A stretch of 48,728 nt of DNA, counting the filler, from Stramenopiles sp. TOSAG23-3 (Eukaryota), in NCBI GenBank assembly GCA_900128585.1. It is 4 parts of 4 records of this genome, joined end to end, with 100 filler letters (N's around TTAATTAATTAA, not from the genome) between each part and the next. Parts side by side here need not be neighbours in the genome. Positions count along the whole stretch, not along the records: positions 1 to 22,278 come from LT642340.1; 3 more parts are not named here. One strand, given 5' to 3'. The notes beneath the pieces are model-generated. The model had not been told where the DNA came from. It ran no database searches and worked only from the letters and a program-made list of their open reading frames with translations. Below, in pieces: positions 11,015-21,297 of this stretch. The position numbers were made by a program, and so were the translations under genes. How positions within the stretch are numbered: position 1 is the stretch's first letter; each line of letters opens with the position of its first letter.

Positions 11015-11668
11015 GATGGTAGTGGAGAATCAAGCTATGATATGATCAATAATTTTCATTTTTTTCCGATAATGTGTACAAACAAGAAGAAGAGCGGTGA
11101 GTTGTTTGTTTTTTCGGTACCTGGTGGACCTTCGTAGTAAAGTTTCTTTTTGATAGGTATTTATTAGTACATATTTATATTATTCTTATTTTTCTGTTTT
11201 TTATTCGTTTTTTTTTTCCTTTTTTTTTTTTTGGAATTCTACTCTTCTTCCATGATGATGCTATGACTATATAGTATATATTATAGGTGAATATACACGG
11301 TAATAATAAGGTACGCTATATTTATCTTTTTCATATTATTGTAACTCCTTTTACTATTTTAAGAAGATAAACAACACATTATATCCACATGTTGTTGTCT
11401 CAATAATATTTCAGTTCTTGCATACCGTACTTCCTATATTCTCCATCTATCTATATATTATATGTTACAGAAGAAGAATGGTGGGTTGGGTTCACTCTTG
11501 TTAAACGGAAGTTTGATAGACTAGTATCTATCTTTCTAGGAGGGGGTTTGAAATGAATGAAGAAATAAAAGGCAAGGTAAACAGTCGGTCGGGTGTTGAG
11601 TAATACCTAAAGAGTAGCGAAACGGTGTTTGTTTATGATAGTGTAAGCGTCTGTCATATTTTTTTTCA

Positions 11669-13768
11669 ATGGCGTTTTATAGAGCTGCTTATGATTTTAA
11701 AGCAGAAGATGCCCAAGAACTTCAGCTTGAAAAGTCAGATTTGGTGTACGTAAACGATGGCCTCGTGGATGGGGGAGAAGACTGGGGCAAGGGCTATTCG
11801 CTGCGTTTGCAGCGGGTCGGCGAGTTCCCGGTGTCTTTTGTGACCTTGGTTGACTCTGGGGCGTGTTCGAAATTCCGTGCCAAATTTGATTTTGGCAAAG
11901 AAAAGGAAGATGAAATAGATTTTAAAAAGGACGATGTCATTGCCTGCATGCCGGACCAAGATCCAGAGGGTGAGTGGTTGCAAGGGTTGAACACTAGGAC
12001 GATGATGCAAGGACAGTTCCCAACAAATTATTGCAAACGAATAGAAAAAGGTGACGCCGATGTAAAGCCCACCCCAAAAGGCAAGAAGGGTGAAGGTTCT
12101 ACGAAGAACGGAAAGGCCAAAGCAAAAGGCGAGAAAGGGAAGATAACCGCTAAGATAAATATCTATTTTAAAGCGTTGCACGATTTTACAGCGGAATCGA
12201 CAGACGAAATAGATCTTGCGGAGGGTGACATCATTGCGCATCTAACGTCGGTTGGTAAACACGTATTGGGCGAATGGAAGAGGGGGGAGAACACGAGGAC
12301 AAAGAACGTGGGGCTTTTCCCCGTGAACTATTGCGAAGAGATAGGGGAAGCGGAAGCCAACGCGATTATGACGGCAATGAAATTGCAGGAAGAAGCTGGC
12401 GCTGCAGTGAAAATACAAGCAGTTGCGCGTGGCGCTCGAACTAGAAGAGAGACGAAAAAGCAGGTTTCTAAAAAGCCACCGATAAAGAAAACGACCAAAA
12501 AAAAAGGGGCTGTCGCAACGGTAGATTATGATCTATTGGAACAAGTAACGAGTAAAATAACAGAGCAGATGAGCACTGAAATAAACAAACGCGATGAAGT
12601 CATTCTGCAACTTCAGGCCCAGATGAAGAAAATGCAAGAGCTCATAGACCCCAAAAATGAAAAAGAAGTCCCGCAGCCTCTCGACCCGTCCCCCATTCGA
12701 TTCCCTTGGACACGAAAGAAAAAGAAGAAGGCTATAAAACCTAAAATTGAGGAAGAGGAGCAGGAAGAAGAAGTACAAGAAAATGAAGACGACAGAGAAA
12801 GTGTTTTGTCGTCATCGTCGTCTTCGGTGTATTACGATTCGCCAGTTCCTCCAAATCGCCGCAATAGAAGAAATCACCTCCGGCCAGGGACGAAGAAGTA
12901 CAAGCCACAGGAAGTCGAGCACTCCGATTTGCTTAGCAACAAAACGGAGCTTCGGCGAAGATTCGCAAGAAGCAACAGCACAAAAGCATTGACCCAGGAT
13001 GACTTGAGGCTACTGCGAGACCAGTATTACAATGGGCATGCTAGCGCAAAGCGTTCTAACCGCCACTTGAAACTAGACGATTTGCAGAGTGATGCTGTCA
13101 AAAGCGCCATTGCAAAGGTCAAGGCTTTTGCTGCAATACCGGCGAAAAGTGGGCGGTTCGACCTGAAAGGGTTCCAAGGAGAAGCAGTAGACGCGCATGA
13201 GCTGCGCCGACAGTTCAAGCTTCTACACGTAAAATTGGACGAGGAAGAAGCGGGTGCACTAGTAAACTTGTGGGATACGGACGGGACCAACCGAGTCGAT
13301 TACACGGAATTCTTATATAATTTCCACAAATGGCGAAGGGAGGGTCAATCTAACGATGCCAAGGCCAAAGCGTCCGCAAGAATATACTTCCCCTCCCTTC
13401 AGCGCAAAAGAACTCTAAAAGCAGACGAAAGCACGAAAGGGGTTTTGAAATTTAAAGAGCACAGAAACAACACCAGGGACCAAACGACCTGCCCAATATG
13501 CGGTGAAGATGGTCACTACGCTGCCGAGTGCAGAATGGGAGCGGTTCACACCAGAGAAAGAAAAAGGGCGAAAGACCAGCGGATGGTCCGTGCGAGGTAT
13601 GATAGGCGGAAGTTAACGGAGTTGAGGATTCCGCGGAGACCAGCAAACCACAAAGCGGCTTTTGGCGGCCGTGCAAAGATGAGTGACAGGGAGCGAATCC
13701 GGATGAAAAGGCAGCGAGACCAGTATTCGTTGAGCAAAAACGGCCGTCGCCGAGGGTTGAGACCGTAA
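11669..13768 (+). CDS. 3xSH3 + IQ motif + coiled coil + EF-hand + CCHC zinc-knuckle protein
   Basis: SH3 motifs AAYDF..ELQL..W..GEFP, AKFDF..EIDF..W..GQFP, ALHDF..EIDL..W..GLFP. IQ motif AAVKIQAVARG, EF loop DTDGTNRVDYTE, knuckle CPICGEDGHYAAEC. Confidence 0.85.
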   Translation: MAFYRAAYDFKAEDAQELQLEKSDLVYVNDGLVDGGEDWGKGYSLRLQRVGEFPVSFVTLVDSGACSKFRAKFDFGKEKEDEIDFKKDDVIACMPDQDPEGEWLQGLNTRTMMQGQFPTNYCKRIEKGDADVKPTPKGKKGEGSTKNGKAKAKGEKGKITAKINIYFKALHDFTAESTDEIDLAEGDIIAHLTSVGKHVLGEWKRGENTRTKNVGLFPVNYCEEIGEAEANAIMTAMKLQEEAGAAVKIQAVARGARTRRETKKQVSKKPPIKKTTKKKGAVATVDYDLLEQVTSKITEQMSTEINKRDEVILQLQAQMKKMQELIDPKNEKEVPQPLDPSPIRFPWTRKKKKKAIKPKIEEEEQEEEVQENEDDRESVLSSSSSSVYYDSPVPPNRRNRRNHLRPGTKKYKPQEVEHSDLLSNKTELRRRFARSNSTKALTQDDLRLLRDQYYNGHASAKRSNRHLKLDDLQSDAVKSAIAKVKAFAAIPAKSGRFDLKGFQGEAVDAHELRRQFKLLHVKLDEEEAGALVNLWDTDGTNRVDYTEFLYNFHKWRREGQSNDAKAKASARIYFPSLQRKRTLKADESTKGVLKFKEHRNNTRDQTTCPICGEDGHYAAECRMGAVHTRERKRAKDQRMVRARYDRRKLTELRIPRRPANHKAAFGGRAKMSDRERIRMKRQRDQYSLSKNGRRRGLRP

Positions 13769-13993
13769 AACTCCTTTTTTAAGAAAAGGTGTGTGTAATC
13801 ACATTTAATTGAAACCAAAAATATTTGTGACATTTGTTTTTTGTACATTACAAAAAATACACTTACTTTATAAACATTTCACACTGCAGTTTGTTATTTC
13901 TAAACTGTGTGTGTACAATAATTAAGAGCACGTTAAAACACTAAAAACTCAGGGGTGCCAGGTCAAATGAAAGAAAGGCAAATGCGCAGAAAA

Positions 13994-15448
13994 TCACTTT
14001 CGCAACACCCACTCGTTTTCGTTCGGGGTAAGCGCTTTCTCTTTGGCGAACCAATCAAGTTCTTCCTTGTCAATATGATACTGTCGAAACCGTTGCATAC
14101 CGTATTCAACGAAATTAAATTCTATTGTAGACGTTGTTGCTTGGATAAGCCCCCAAAGGCCCCAATATATATGGTTCAGTAGGGTGTAAGTCCTCACCTC
14201 TTCATCGAATTTGTACAGCTCTTCGTCCGGGATCTCGATCACTTTCTTCTCATCCGCCTCGTCGCTCCCTGGGTACACTGGGCCACCCTCCAGATACGAC
14301 CGGTAAAAGGAATATCGTGTAGAAAGTGAGGGGGACCTATTCACATAGTCTAAAATGTGAGCCTCCGTGTTGCACCCAGAGTAGTCCGCAGCAAATTCAG
14401 CAAAAAAGTGCGCAAAATCAAAGCCTCTTGGAACGTAACCAGCGTACTCAAAATCAATGAAACAAAGGTCATACGGTGGCTCCTTGTTACGCATTATGTT
14501 GCCATACTGAAGGTCGTTGTGCCCAAAAACTTCAGGGCTCTTTACAATTTCTTCAATCTTCAACTTTTTCTCTAGCCATTCAATCTCGTTGCGTAACATG
14601 GCTAGGTTCGCTTCTTTGAAGCTGCTGTCCGTGCACACGGTACTGGCATAGTCGTACCACGCCCACAACGTCTTCCATAAAAATCCGGTTTTCCGCGAAG
14701 CGGGGCAGTCCTCGAGCTGCAAAGTGTGCAGCTGTCGCATCTTCCTTGCCACAGTGTCTTGTATCGCTGGATCTTTCACCGCTTCTGGCAAAATTGTGAC
14801 GTAGCTGTTTAGATACACCTCACAACGCCCATTCTCGAACGAGTTCAAAAGCCTTGCTTGGTTAATCCCTGCCCCAGACAAAGCGGCGAACAGTGCCATT
14901 TCGTCCTTTCTGCTGAAAAAGTGATCGGTGCCAGTGCCAAATATTCGCAATAAAATCTTCTCTCTTTGGGCGGCCTCTCGGTTGTGTGTGCATTTAAAAA
15001 CCAAGTTTGTTAAAGCGCCATTAACTGGCTCTATTTGTACATCTTTCTCCGTCAAATTTGGTGATCCCCAACTCTTGTAGCCTGTCGAGGTCAATATTGG
15101 AAACGCCGCTGCTCTCAAAGTCTTCATCTCCTGGTCGTAGATTACTTGCAGTTCAGCCCTCTCCTTTTCTTCGAAAGTCTCCTCCAAAAGAGCACCATGC
15201 TTAGTCACCCCTGATGCATCAAGGATTGCGTTTATTGATAATGCCGATTTTGCATGGGCCGACATGGAAATGCTGCAGTGCTTCAGTATACCAGGAAAGC
15301 TAAGTGATATTGGTGCAGCAAGCGCACGAGTTGCCGGTGCGCATATAATTGGACTCAAGTGTCTGCGGGAAAGAGCACTAAACGCTTTATACATAAGATA
15401 ACCTCGCCTTTTCTTCGTGGTATATGCTGTTTTATAAACTTGTTTCAT
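13994..15448 (-). CDS. Choline/ethanolamine kinase
   Basis: GALTN, LLRIFG, FENGRCE, Brenner motif HNDLQYGNI, IDFEYAGY..RGFDFAHFFAE, WGLWGLIQ. Alternative start ATG 15394 (MYKAFSALSRR). Confidence 0.93.
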   Translation of the reverse strand: MKQVYKTAYTTKKRRGYLMYKAFSALSRRHLSPIICAPATRALAAPISLSFPGILKHCSISMSAHAKSALSINAILDASGVTKHGALLEETFEEKERAELQVIYDQEMKTLRAAAFPILTSTGYKSWGSPNLTEKDVQIEPVNGALTNLVFKCTHNREAAQREKILLRIFGTGTDHFFSRKDEMALFAALSGAGINQARLLNSFENGRCEVYLNSYVTILPEAVKDPAIQDTVARKMRQLHTLQLEDCPASRKTGFLWKTLWAWYDYASTVCTDSSFKEANLAMLRNEIEWLEKKLKIEEIVKSPEVFGHNDLQYGNIMRNKEPPYDLCFIDFEYAGYVPRGFDFAHFFAEFAADYSGCNTEAHILDYVNRSPSLSTRYSFYRSYLEGGPVYPGSDEADEKKVIEIPDEELYKFDEEVRTYTLLNHIYWGLWGLIQATTSTIEFNFVEYGMQRFRQYHIDKEELDWFAKEKALTPNENEWVLRK

Positions 15449-15559
15449 CGGTAACCTTCCTTTTCTTTAATTCTTCTCTCTCTCTCTCTCTCTCTCTTAA
15501 TATCAAGATCACTCATTTACTAATAACATGCTTTGATCAACTTTCTTCTTTGTTTTTAG

Positions 15560-15610
15560 TAGAAGAAGAAGAAGATGATGAAGAAGAAGAAGAAGGAAGA
15601 AGAGGAAGAA

Positions 15611-15645
<35 letters not shown>

Positions 15646-15662
15646 AGAAGAAGAAGAAGAAG

Positions 15663-15691
<29 letters not shown>
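15560..15691 (+). repeat. (GAA)n microsatellite
   Basis: Read directly from the sequence. Confidence 0.95.
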
Positions 15692-15694
<3 letters not shown>

Positions 15695-17018
15695 TTAATA
15701 TTAATATAACCTTCCTCCTTCTTTCTATCTTCAAATATTATTTTATTTTTTTTTCGCAAAAAAAAAAATAAACAACAACACACAACACACTTATTAATAT
15801 ATTTAATTAATATTTATACCGTTGTTCCTCCTCACTCGCTTTTTTATTTTAAGTTACACAGCATAGGAATCATCAGCATTTTATTTATTATTTGTATTCT
15901 TTCTTTCTTCTTCTTCAGAAGGTTTTTCATATTTTTACAATAATTAATATTACACAGTATTGTAATATTTTAATACAGCACAGTATTAAAGTAAATACAA
16001 TATACCGATTTTTTTTTAATAATAAATATAAACTTCATCTTCTTATCTTCAATTCGACATTATCATAGACTAGCATGACAATAACATAAACAGCATAATA
16101 TTTCTTTAATTAAGGTATCAATATGTTTATGTAATTTAATATTACTTAATAGTAAATAAAGGTCCTTAATATTTATTCATCCCTTTTGCTGACCCATTTT
16201 TTTTTCAAATGACAAAAACGAAATTTAGATAGGAGTATTTTATTTTACAATACGGATCATTTTTTATTTGTTGGATCCTCTTTCCTCTTCGAACTTCTTT
16301 CTTTGTCTCTTTCAACGAATATTAATTAAATTATTGCCATTGATTCTTCTCACAATTCTCAATTCTCAACAATTATTATTCATTTCGGTATGATTATAAT
16401 GTCGTCTAATATAATAATAATAGCGCTCTAGCATGGTTTTTGTGATGTATAATAAATAATATTAAAAATAATTTTAAAACAAATTTTTTTTAAATTAATA
16501 ATAATAGTTTTTATGAGAAAATAATTTCTTACAATACACATATTATACAGACACATCTCATAACAAATACATAGATCTAGTGTAAGAAAAGGCCGTTTTT
16601 TAATTTTTTTTTACCTTTCTTTCTTATTTTTTTAAAAATAATAATCATTATTATAAGAACTATAAAAAAATAAATATTTAACAGAGGACAAAACAAAAAA
16701 AAGAAAAACATCTTTTCTTTTCATACTAATAAAAAACAAAACTGTCATGTTAAGACTTCGTGTGATTGATGATGATTACTGCATTAAAAGTATTGGAAAT
16801 ATAAAATTATTCCAGATGTCTTTGGTCTTGTCTTTTTGCCTGGTTATAAATTGATTGTTCGTATCTTTTGTGTGTTTTCAGAGGGGGGGGGTTTTCAAGA
16901 GAAATACCATGAGATAAACTCCTTGTGATCGGTCGTATGCATTAAGAACAGAAAGGGGTAGATTAATTGTGAGTGACGGTGTTGTAGGGGTTTATAGAAA
17001 TAAAAGAAATCCATCGAT

Positions 17019-19025
17019 ATGAGTGATTCTGATGGGGAGGAACCCTTGTTTGGAGACGCGGGCGCGTCCGAGTGGTTGCTTCGCCCGGTGATGGACGAAA
17101 GCGCACCCCTACTGCTCCGGGCCAACTGCATGAGAAGTTTAGCTGTTCTTGCCAACGGTAGTGCTGCCCACCGAAGCTTGCTTTCTAAATCGAAGGAGTC
17201 TGCCGGGATAGCTGAGGCCGCAATGAACATTATGTCCCTGGTGGATAGCAGGCTAGAGCCGTTGAAGCACGATAGCGACAAGCACGTTTCGATCTTAGCC
17301 CACCGCTTGACGAATATTGCACGGCTCCATGCGATGACACTGCTCACGTCGAGCATGCCGACGTCCGATTACTCGAGGCTTGGAAAGTCGAGGCGGCAGT
17401 TTGGCTTGAGGACCGCGACAGAAATAGAAAGTCCCGAAATGCCATCCAGATTGATTGGTGGCACGAAAGGCAAACAACGATTGCAGCAGGGCAAGGCTGG
17501 AATTTCGCCAACAGACGTTGTCGTCTTCGAAAAGCTTTTGGTGGCACTAAACGGGGACGAGGGAAAGGGTGGTGAAGCGAGAACAAATAGCGGCGATGAA
17601 GTCCTGAGCGAATCAAACACGACCCTTCTGCTTCAGTTTTGCCAGACAGCATGGAAGTTTTCCTCCCAATCGCCGACAAAGAAAATCAGCACGTCGAAAC
17701 GTGCGGTTACAAAGCCTTCCAGTGATCCTGGTGGGTTTTTTGCCATTTTGGACAAAGAATCTTCGTTCTCTTTAAGAAGCGCTGGGATTTCAACCCCTAT
17801 CCGGAACGCACCGGCGGCCAGTGCGCGTGCCATACCTCCGCCGCCGCCTTCCTTTTCCCCTCCGTCATCCCCGTTAGCAAATGCCGATAAATTTGGTCCC
17901 CGATTCTCGAGGACTGCGTCTGGGCTATCGCACAAGTCCATGCGTATGGAATTGCTAAAGGTGGGCAAAGCCGATGAGAAAAGTCCATACCATAAGAAGT
18001 TGCGTGCCGTCCCTGCGCCCAGGGTCCGTCCGCCGTCGTCTCCTAGACTCTTAAAACCTCTTTTACAAAAGCGATCTAGAAATCAAACAGTGCCAAACGT
18101 GGTCCCGTACAACGCTTGGTTGGATGATACGAAATTAAAGAAGAACGTCTCCGATCAGGGAATGAACATATTTTTTATGTCCCCAATCAAAGCAAACGAT
18201 AGCATCCTTGACCCCTCTGGGCCAAAACTAAGCTCTGCACAAGAGGACAAGCTTCCTTACGAGTTGAAGGAATCTTCGAAAGTGATCGAAAAACGCTTGG
18301 TGGTCGCTCGGAAGAGCACTGCGGATGCAGGGAAAAAACTGGCGCGTCGAATTGCAGAAGAATCGCTTAAGCTTCCTGCGAATTTTATAATAGAGTACGG
18401 GACTCCAACAATGATTAAGCATGTTGGACTGTTGGCGATTCGTGCCGTTGTGCGACACCTGGCCCTAAACTTGATCGCAAGAGGATTTTTTCGATGGTTT
18501 GATCATATAGAAGATTTGAAATTTCGTGACCGTCGGCGCTCAATGCTGCTTGGCCATATGATGAAGGCGCTCCGAGCTGGGCATGATCGGGCGCAAATGA
18601 TCATGCTTCGGCAATGGCTAAAGATTGCAAAGCGGCTTAAACGGGACGAAAATATGCGCAAGCGTGGGGTCACAAAATTTTTGCGGTTTATGACAAGAGG
18701 GTTGCGAAGGTTAGAAAGGGCCAGAAAACAGCACGGATTCGACAAACTGCGTGACAACTTGTTGCACTACCGACAAATCATGATGCAAAAACGCATGGCG
18801 GTCAGTAAAATAAGGAAGGTGCTTTGGCGGCGGTTGAAGAAATGGAAAAGAAACTCTCTTAGGAAAATGCGAGATGCTGATCTGAGCGTGTCTGCCAACA
18901 AGATACAACGGGCATATAGGATGCGATCTTACCGCCGACATGCAATGGCCCGTGTGATTGAAACATACTTTCGAAGGCACAAAAGCATAAAGCTTGCAAA
19001 AACACGGCGGCTCTCTATTCATTAG
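17019..19025 (+). CDS. N-terminal part of a large IQ/PDZ/EF-hand protein (helical N-terminus, Pro/Ser-rich region, basic region, IQ motif)
   Basis: 668-aa ORF with IQ-like SANKIQRAYRMRSY. The end IKLAK matches the first strand of the PDZ repeats of the overlapping +1 frame ORF. Confidence 0.7.
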   Translation: MSDSDGEEPLFGDAGASEWLLRPVMDESAPLLLRANCMRSLAVLANGSAAHRSLLSKSKESAGIAEAAMNIMSLVDSRLEPLKHDSDKHVSILAHRLTNIARLHAMTLLTSSMPTSDYSRLGKSRRQFGLRTATEIESPEMPSRLIGGTKGKQRLQQGKAGISPTDVVVFEKLLVALNGDEGKGGEARTNSGDEVLSESNTTLLLQFCQTAWKFSSQSPTKKISTSKRAVTKPSSDPGGFFAILDKESSFSLRSAGISTPIRNAPAASARAIPPPPPSFSPPSSPLANADKFGPRFSRTASGLSHKSMRMELLKVGKADEKSPYHKKLRAVPAPRVRPPSSPRLLKPLLQKRSRNQTVPNVVPYNAWLDDTKLKKNVSDQGMNIFFMSPIKANDSILDPSGPKLSSAQEDKLPYELKESSKVIEKRLVVARKSTADAGKKLARRIAEESLKLPANFIIEYGTPTMIKHVGLLAIRAVVRHLALNLIARGFFRWFDHIEDLKFRDRRRSMLLGHMMKALRAGHDRAQMIMLRQWLKIAKRLKRDENMRKRGVTKFLRFMTRGLRRLERARKQHGFDKLRDNLLHYRQIMMQKRMAVSKIRKVLWRRLKKWKRNSLRKMRDADLSVSANKIQRAYRMRSYRRHAMARVIETYFRRHKSIKLAKTRRLSIH

Positions 19026-21033
19026 TGTGCAAAGTGATACACAGTCCTCAGCGTCCGGTAAAATTAGGAAGGGTATGAGACTTTTGTACATTGGAGAAAC
19101 GGACGTGTCATCTAGCACTATGAAAGAGGTAGTTGCTATAATAAAGGAACACGAACGTCCAGTTAAATTTTACTTCCGAACAACTCCAAGTCGAAGTCTG
19201 AGTCCCGATATTATCAAGCAGAAACTGAGGAGTCGGTTCACCCCCACTCCAAAAACTCGAATCCCAAAACGAGTGTCCGAACACTTTGTTTCCGTTGTGT
19301 TTGGCCCTGGTCCCATGGGCATGGAGCTGGTACAACGACGAAAAGGCGGTGCGATGATAAAAAGTATATCAAAAGGTGGAGCAGCAGATCAATCTGGAAA
19401 GCTTCGACGAAGCATGGTTCTTGCAACTGTGGATAATGAAGATTGCACAAAACTGAAACTGGCAGAAGTGCTAAAAAAACTCTCGGTGGCTCACAGGCCT
19501 GTTGAAATCCAATTTCATGAATTGTCTAGCATCGATCACAGGTATGATCCGAAAAAAATGCGCAAAATTGAAAGTTTAATCTCAACCACATTTCAATTTA
19601 AAGGCTCCTTGGGTTTAGAGCTTGCGCAACGAAAAAGTGGGGGTGTCATTGTTAAGAAAGTGCTTCAAACTGGTCTGGCTGCAGGATCTGGAAAGATCAG
19701 GCAATCTATGGTGCTGGTTAAGATTAATGGAATCGATGTTAGCAAAAAATCACTGGTAAAAGTTCTCAGTATGTTAAAATCTAGTGATCGACCAATAACG
19801 CTGATGTGGAAGAGTGCCCCGAGCAGATCTGTGTCGCCTGATGCCAAAGAAATACGCCATCAAAGATGGGAAGAAGAACGGGCATTTAAAGAGTTTTTTG
19901 ACAAAATTGATAAAGATTCTTCGGGCGTGGTGACCAAGGCGGAGCTTATGGCCGCGCTGCAGAACAATGCCTTGAAAGAAGAACTCCGCAAGATTGTTGC
20001 GGAGTACAGTAACCTTCAGTCTCTTCTTGACTTGAATAATTTTACTACCAGCTTTGACCGAATACAAGCAAGTTCAAATGATGGGGTAACGTTTCAAGAT
20101 CTGCAAAATTACGTTAAGAAAACTAATGAAATGCTTCAAATGTCCAAGTCTATTCGAGACGTTACAACAATTTTTCGAGGCGAAGGATTCTTGGGTCTTA
20201 AGCTTGCTCAACGAAAGTATGGTGGTGTAATTGTAAAGGATGTGCTTCCGGGTGGATTGGCTATCCAGACTAGAAAGATTCGGAAAGCTATGGTTTTGAA
20301 AACCATAAACTCTGAAAATGTTTCTAAAAACTCTTTGTCTGAAGTCCTTGCCCTTCTTCAATCCAGTGCTCGTCCGCTCAAATTGGTGTGGAAGTGTGCC
20401 CCGTCGCGGTCCATTTCTCCTTACGCTCGCGAAATTAAACGCGTAAAGATGGAAGAAGAAAAAATGATTGATGAATTTTTCCGCTCTATTGATGTTGATT
20501 CTTCGGGTTTTATAACAAAAAAGGAGATATTGAGACACTTGCAAGATGCAGAGAATTTTGAGTCCATGATATCCAAATACAAAAATTTAAAGCCTTTGGT
20601 AAAATCAAAGACATACGCGAACACTTTTAAGCAAATTGATGTGGACAATAGCAAAGGAATTAGTCTGGGTGAGCTGAAAGCATTTTTAAAGGCCGTGTCC
20701 ACTCCGCCAGAAGATAATGAAAAGGGAGGAGGGGAAATGAAAGAGACAATAGTAAGTAAGGCTGTCAAGAAACGCGGTCGAATCAAACTTAGGCAGTTCT
20801 TCAGAAAGATTGACAAGGACGACTCGGGATCAATATCTAAAAAAGAACTGCTGCAAGCGCTGCAAAGCTGCGATATAGTATCTGGTATAATTCCAGCATT
20901 TCCCAATCTAAAACCTTTGGTAAAAAGTCGAACATACTTGCAAACTTTTAAGAACATTGATACTGATAAAAGTGGTGACATTTCATTCGAAGAATTGTCG
21001 TACGTCCATTTCCCTGCCGGCGCCAAAGAGTAG
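18994..21033 (+). CDS. 4 PDZ-like repeats + 3 EF-hand pairs (likely continuation of the 17019 gene after a frameshift)
   Basis: Repeats MGMELVQRRKGG/LGLELAQRKSGG/LGLKLAQRKYGG ...SGKIR.SMVL..INGIDVS..RP. EF loops DKDSSGVVTKAE, DVDSSGFITKKE, DVDNSKGISLGE, DKDDSGSISKKE, DTDKSGDISFEE. Starts at TTG, not ATG. Confidence 0.8.
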   Translation: MQKHGGSLFISVQSDTQSSASGKIRKGMRLLYIGETDVSSSTMKEVVAIIKEHERPVKFYFRTTPSRSLSPDIIKQKLRSRFTPTPKTRIPKRVSEHFVSVVFGPGPMGMELVQRRKGGAMIKSISKGGAADQSGKLRRSMVLATVDNEDCTKLKLAEVLKKLSVAHRPVEIQFHELSSIDHRYDPKKMRKIESLISTTFQFKGSLGLELAQRKSGGVIVKKVLQTGLAAGSGKIRQSMVLVKINGIDVSKKSLVKVLSMLKSSDRPITLMWKSAPSRSVSPDAKEIRHQRWEEERAFKEFFDKIDKDSSGVVTKAELMAALQNNALKEELRKIVAEYSNLQSLLDLNNFTTSFDRIQASSNDGVTFQDLQNYVKKTNEMLQMSKSIRDVTTIFRGEGFLGLKLAQRKYGGVIVKDVLPGGLAIQTRKIRKAMVLKTINSENVSKNSLSEVLALLQSSARPLKLVWKCAPSRSISPYAREIKRVKMEEEKMIDEFFRSIDVDSSGFITKKEILRHLQDAENFESMISKYKNLKPLVKSKTYANTFKQIDVDNSKGISLGELKAFLKAVSTPPEDNEKGGGEMKETIVSKAVKKRGRIKLRQFFRKIDKDDSGSISKKELLQALQSCDIVSGIIPAFPNLKPLVKSRTYLQTFKNIDTDKSGDISFEELSYVHFPAGAKE

Positions 21034-21297
21034 TCTGTAGGACCCAGTGATGCGGTGTGTGAATGCACATATGAATCCTTCATTGGATAGTCCGGTGTAT
21101 AAAACATACTATATATTTTGTTTTTTTTTTAAACACAAAAATAGTTATATTCTGTTATTTAGAAACCGTAACGAACCCGTGCTTTATCAAAGAGCGAAGA
21201 TTCTCTTTCACTGAATCGTCGCAACCTTCGACGCTGCCTCTGCAGATACTGTTTGAAGCTCTTCCCTTGCCCAGACAAGAAAATTAGTACAACACTT

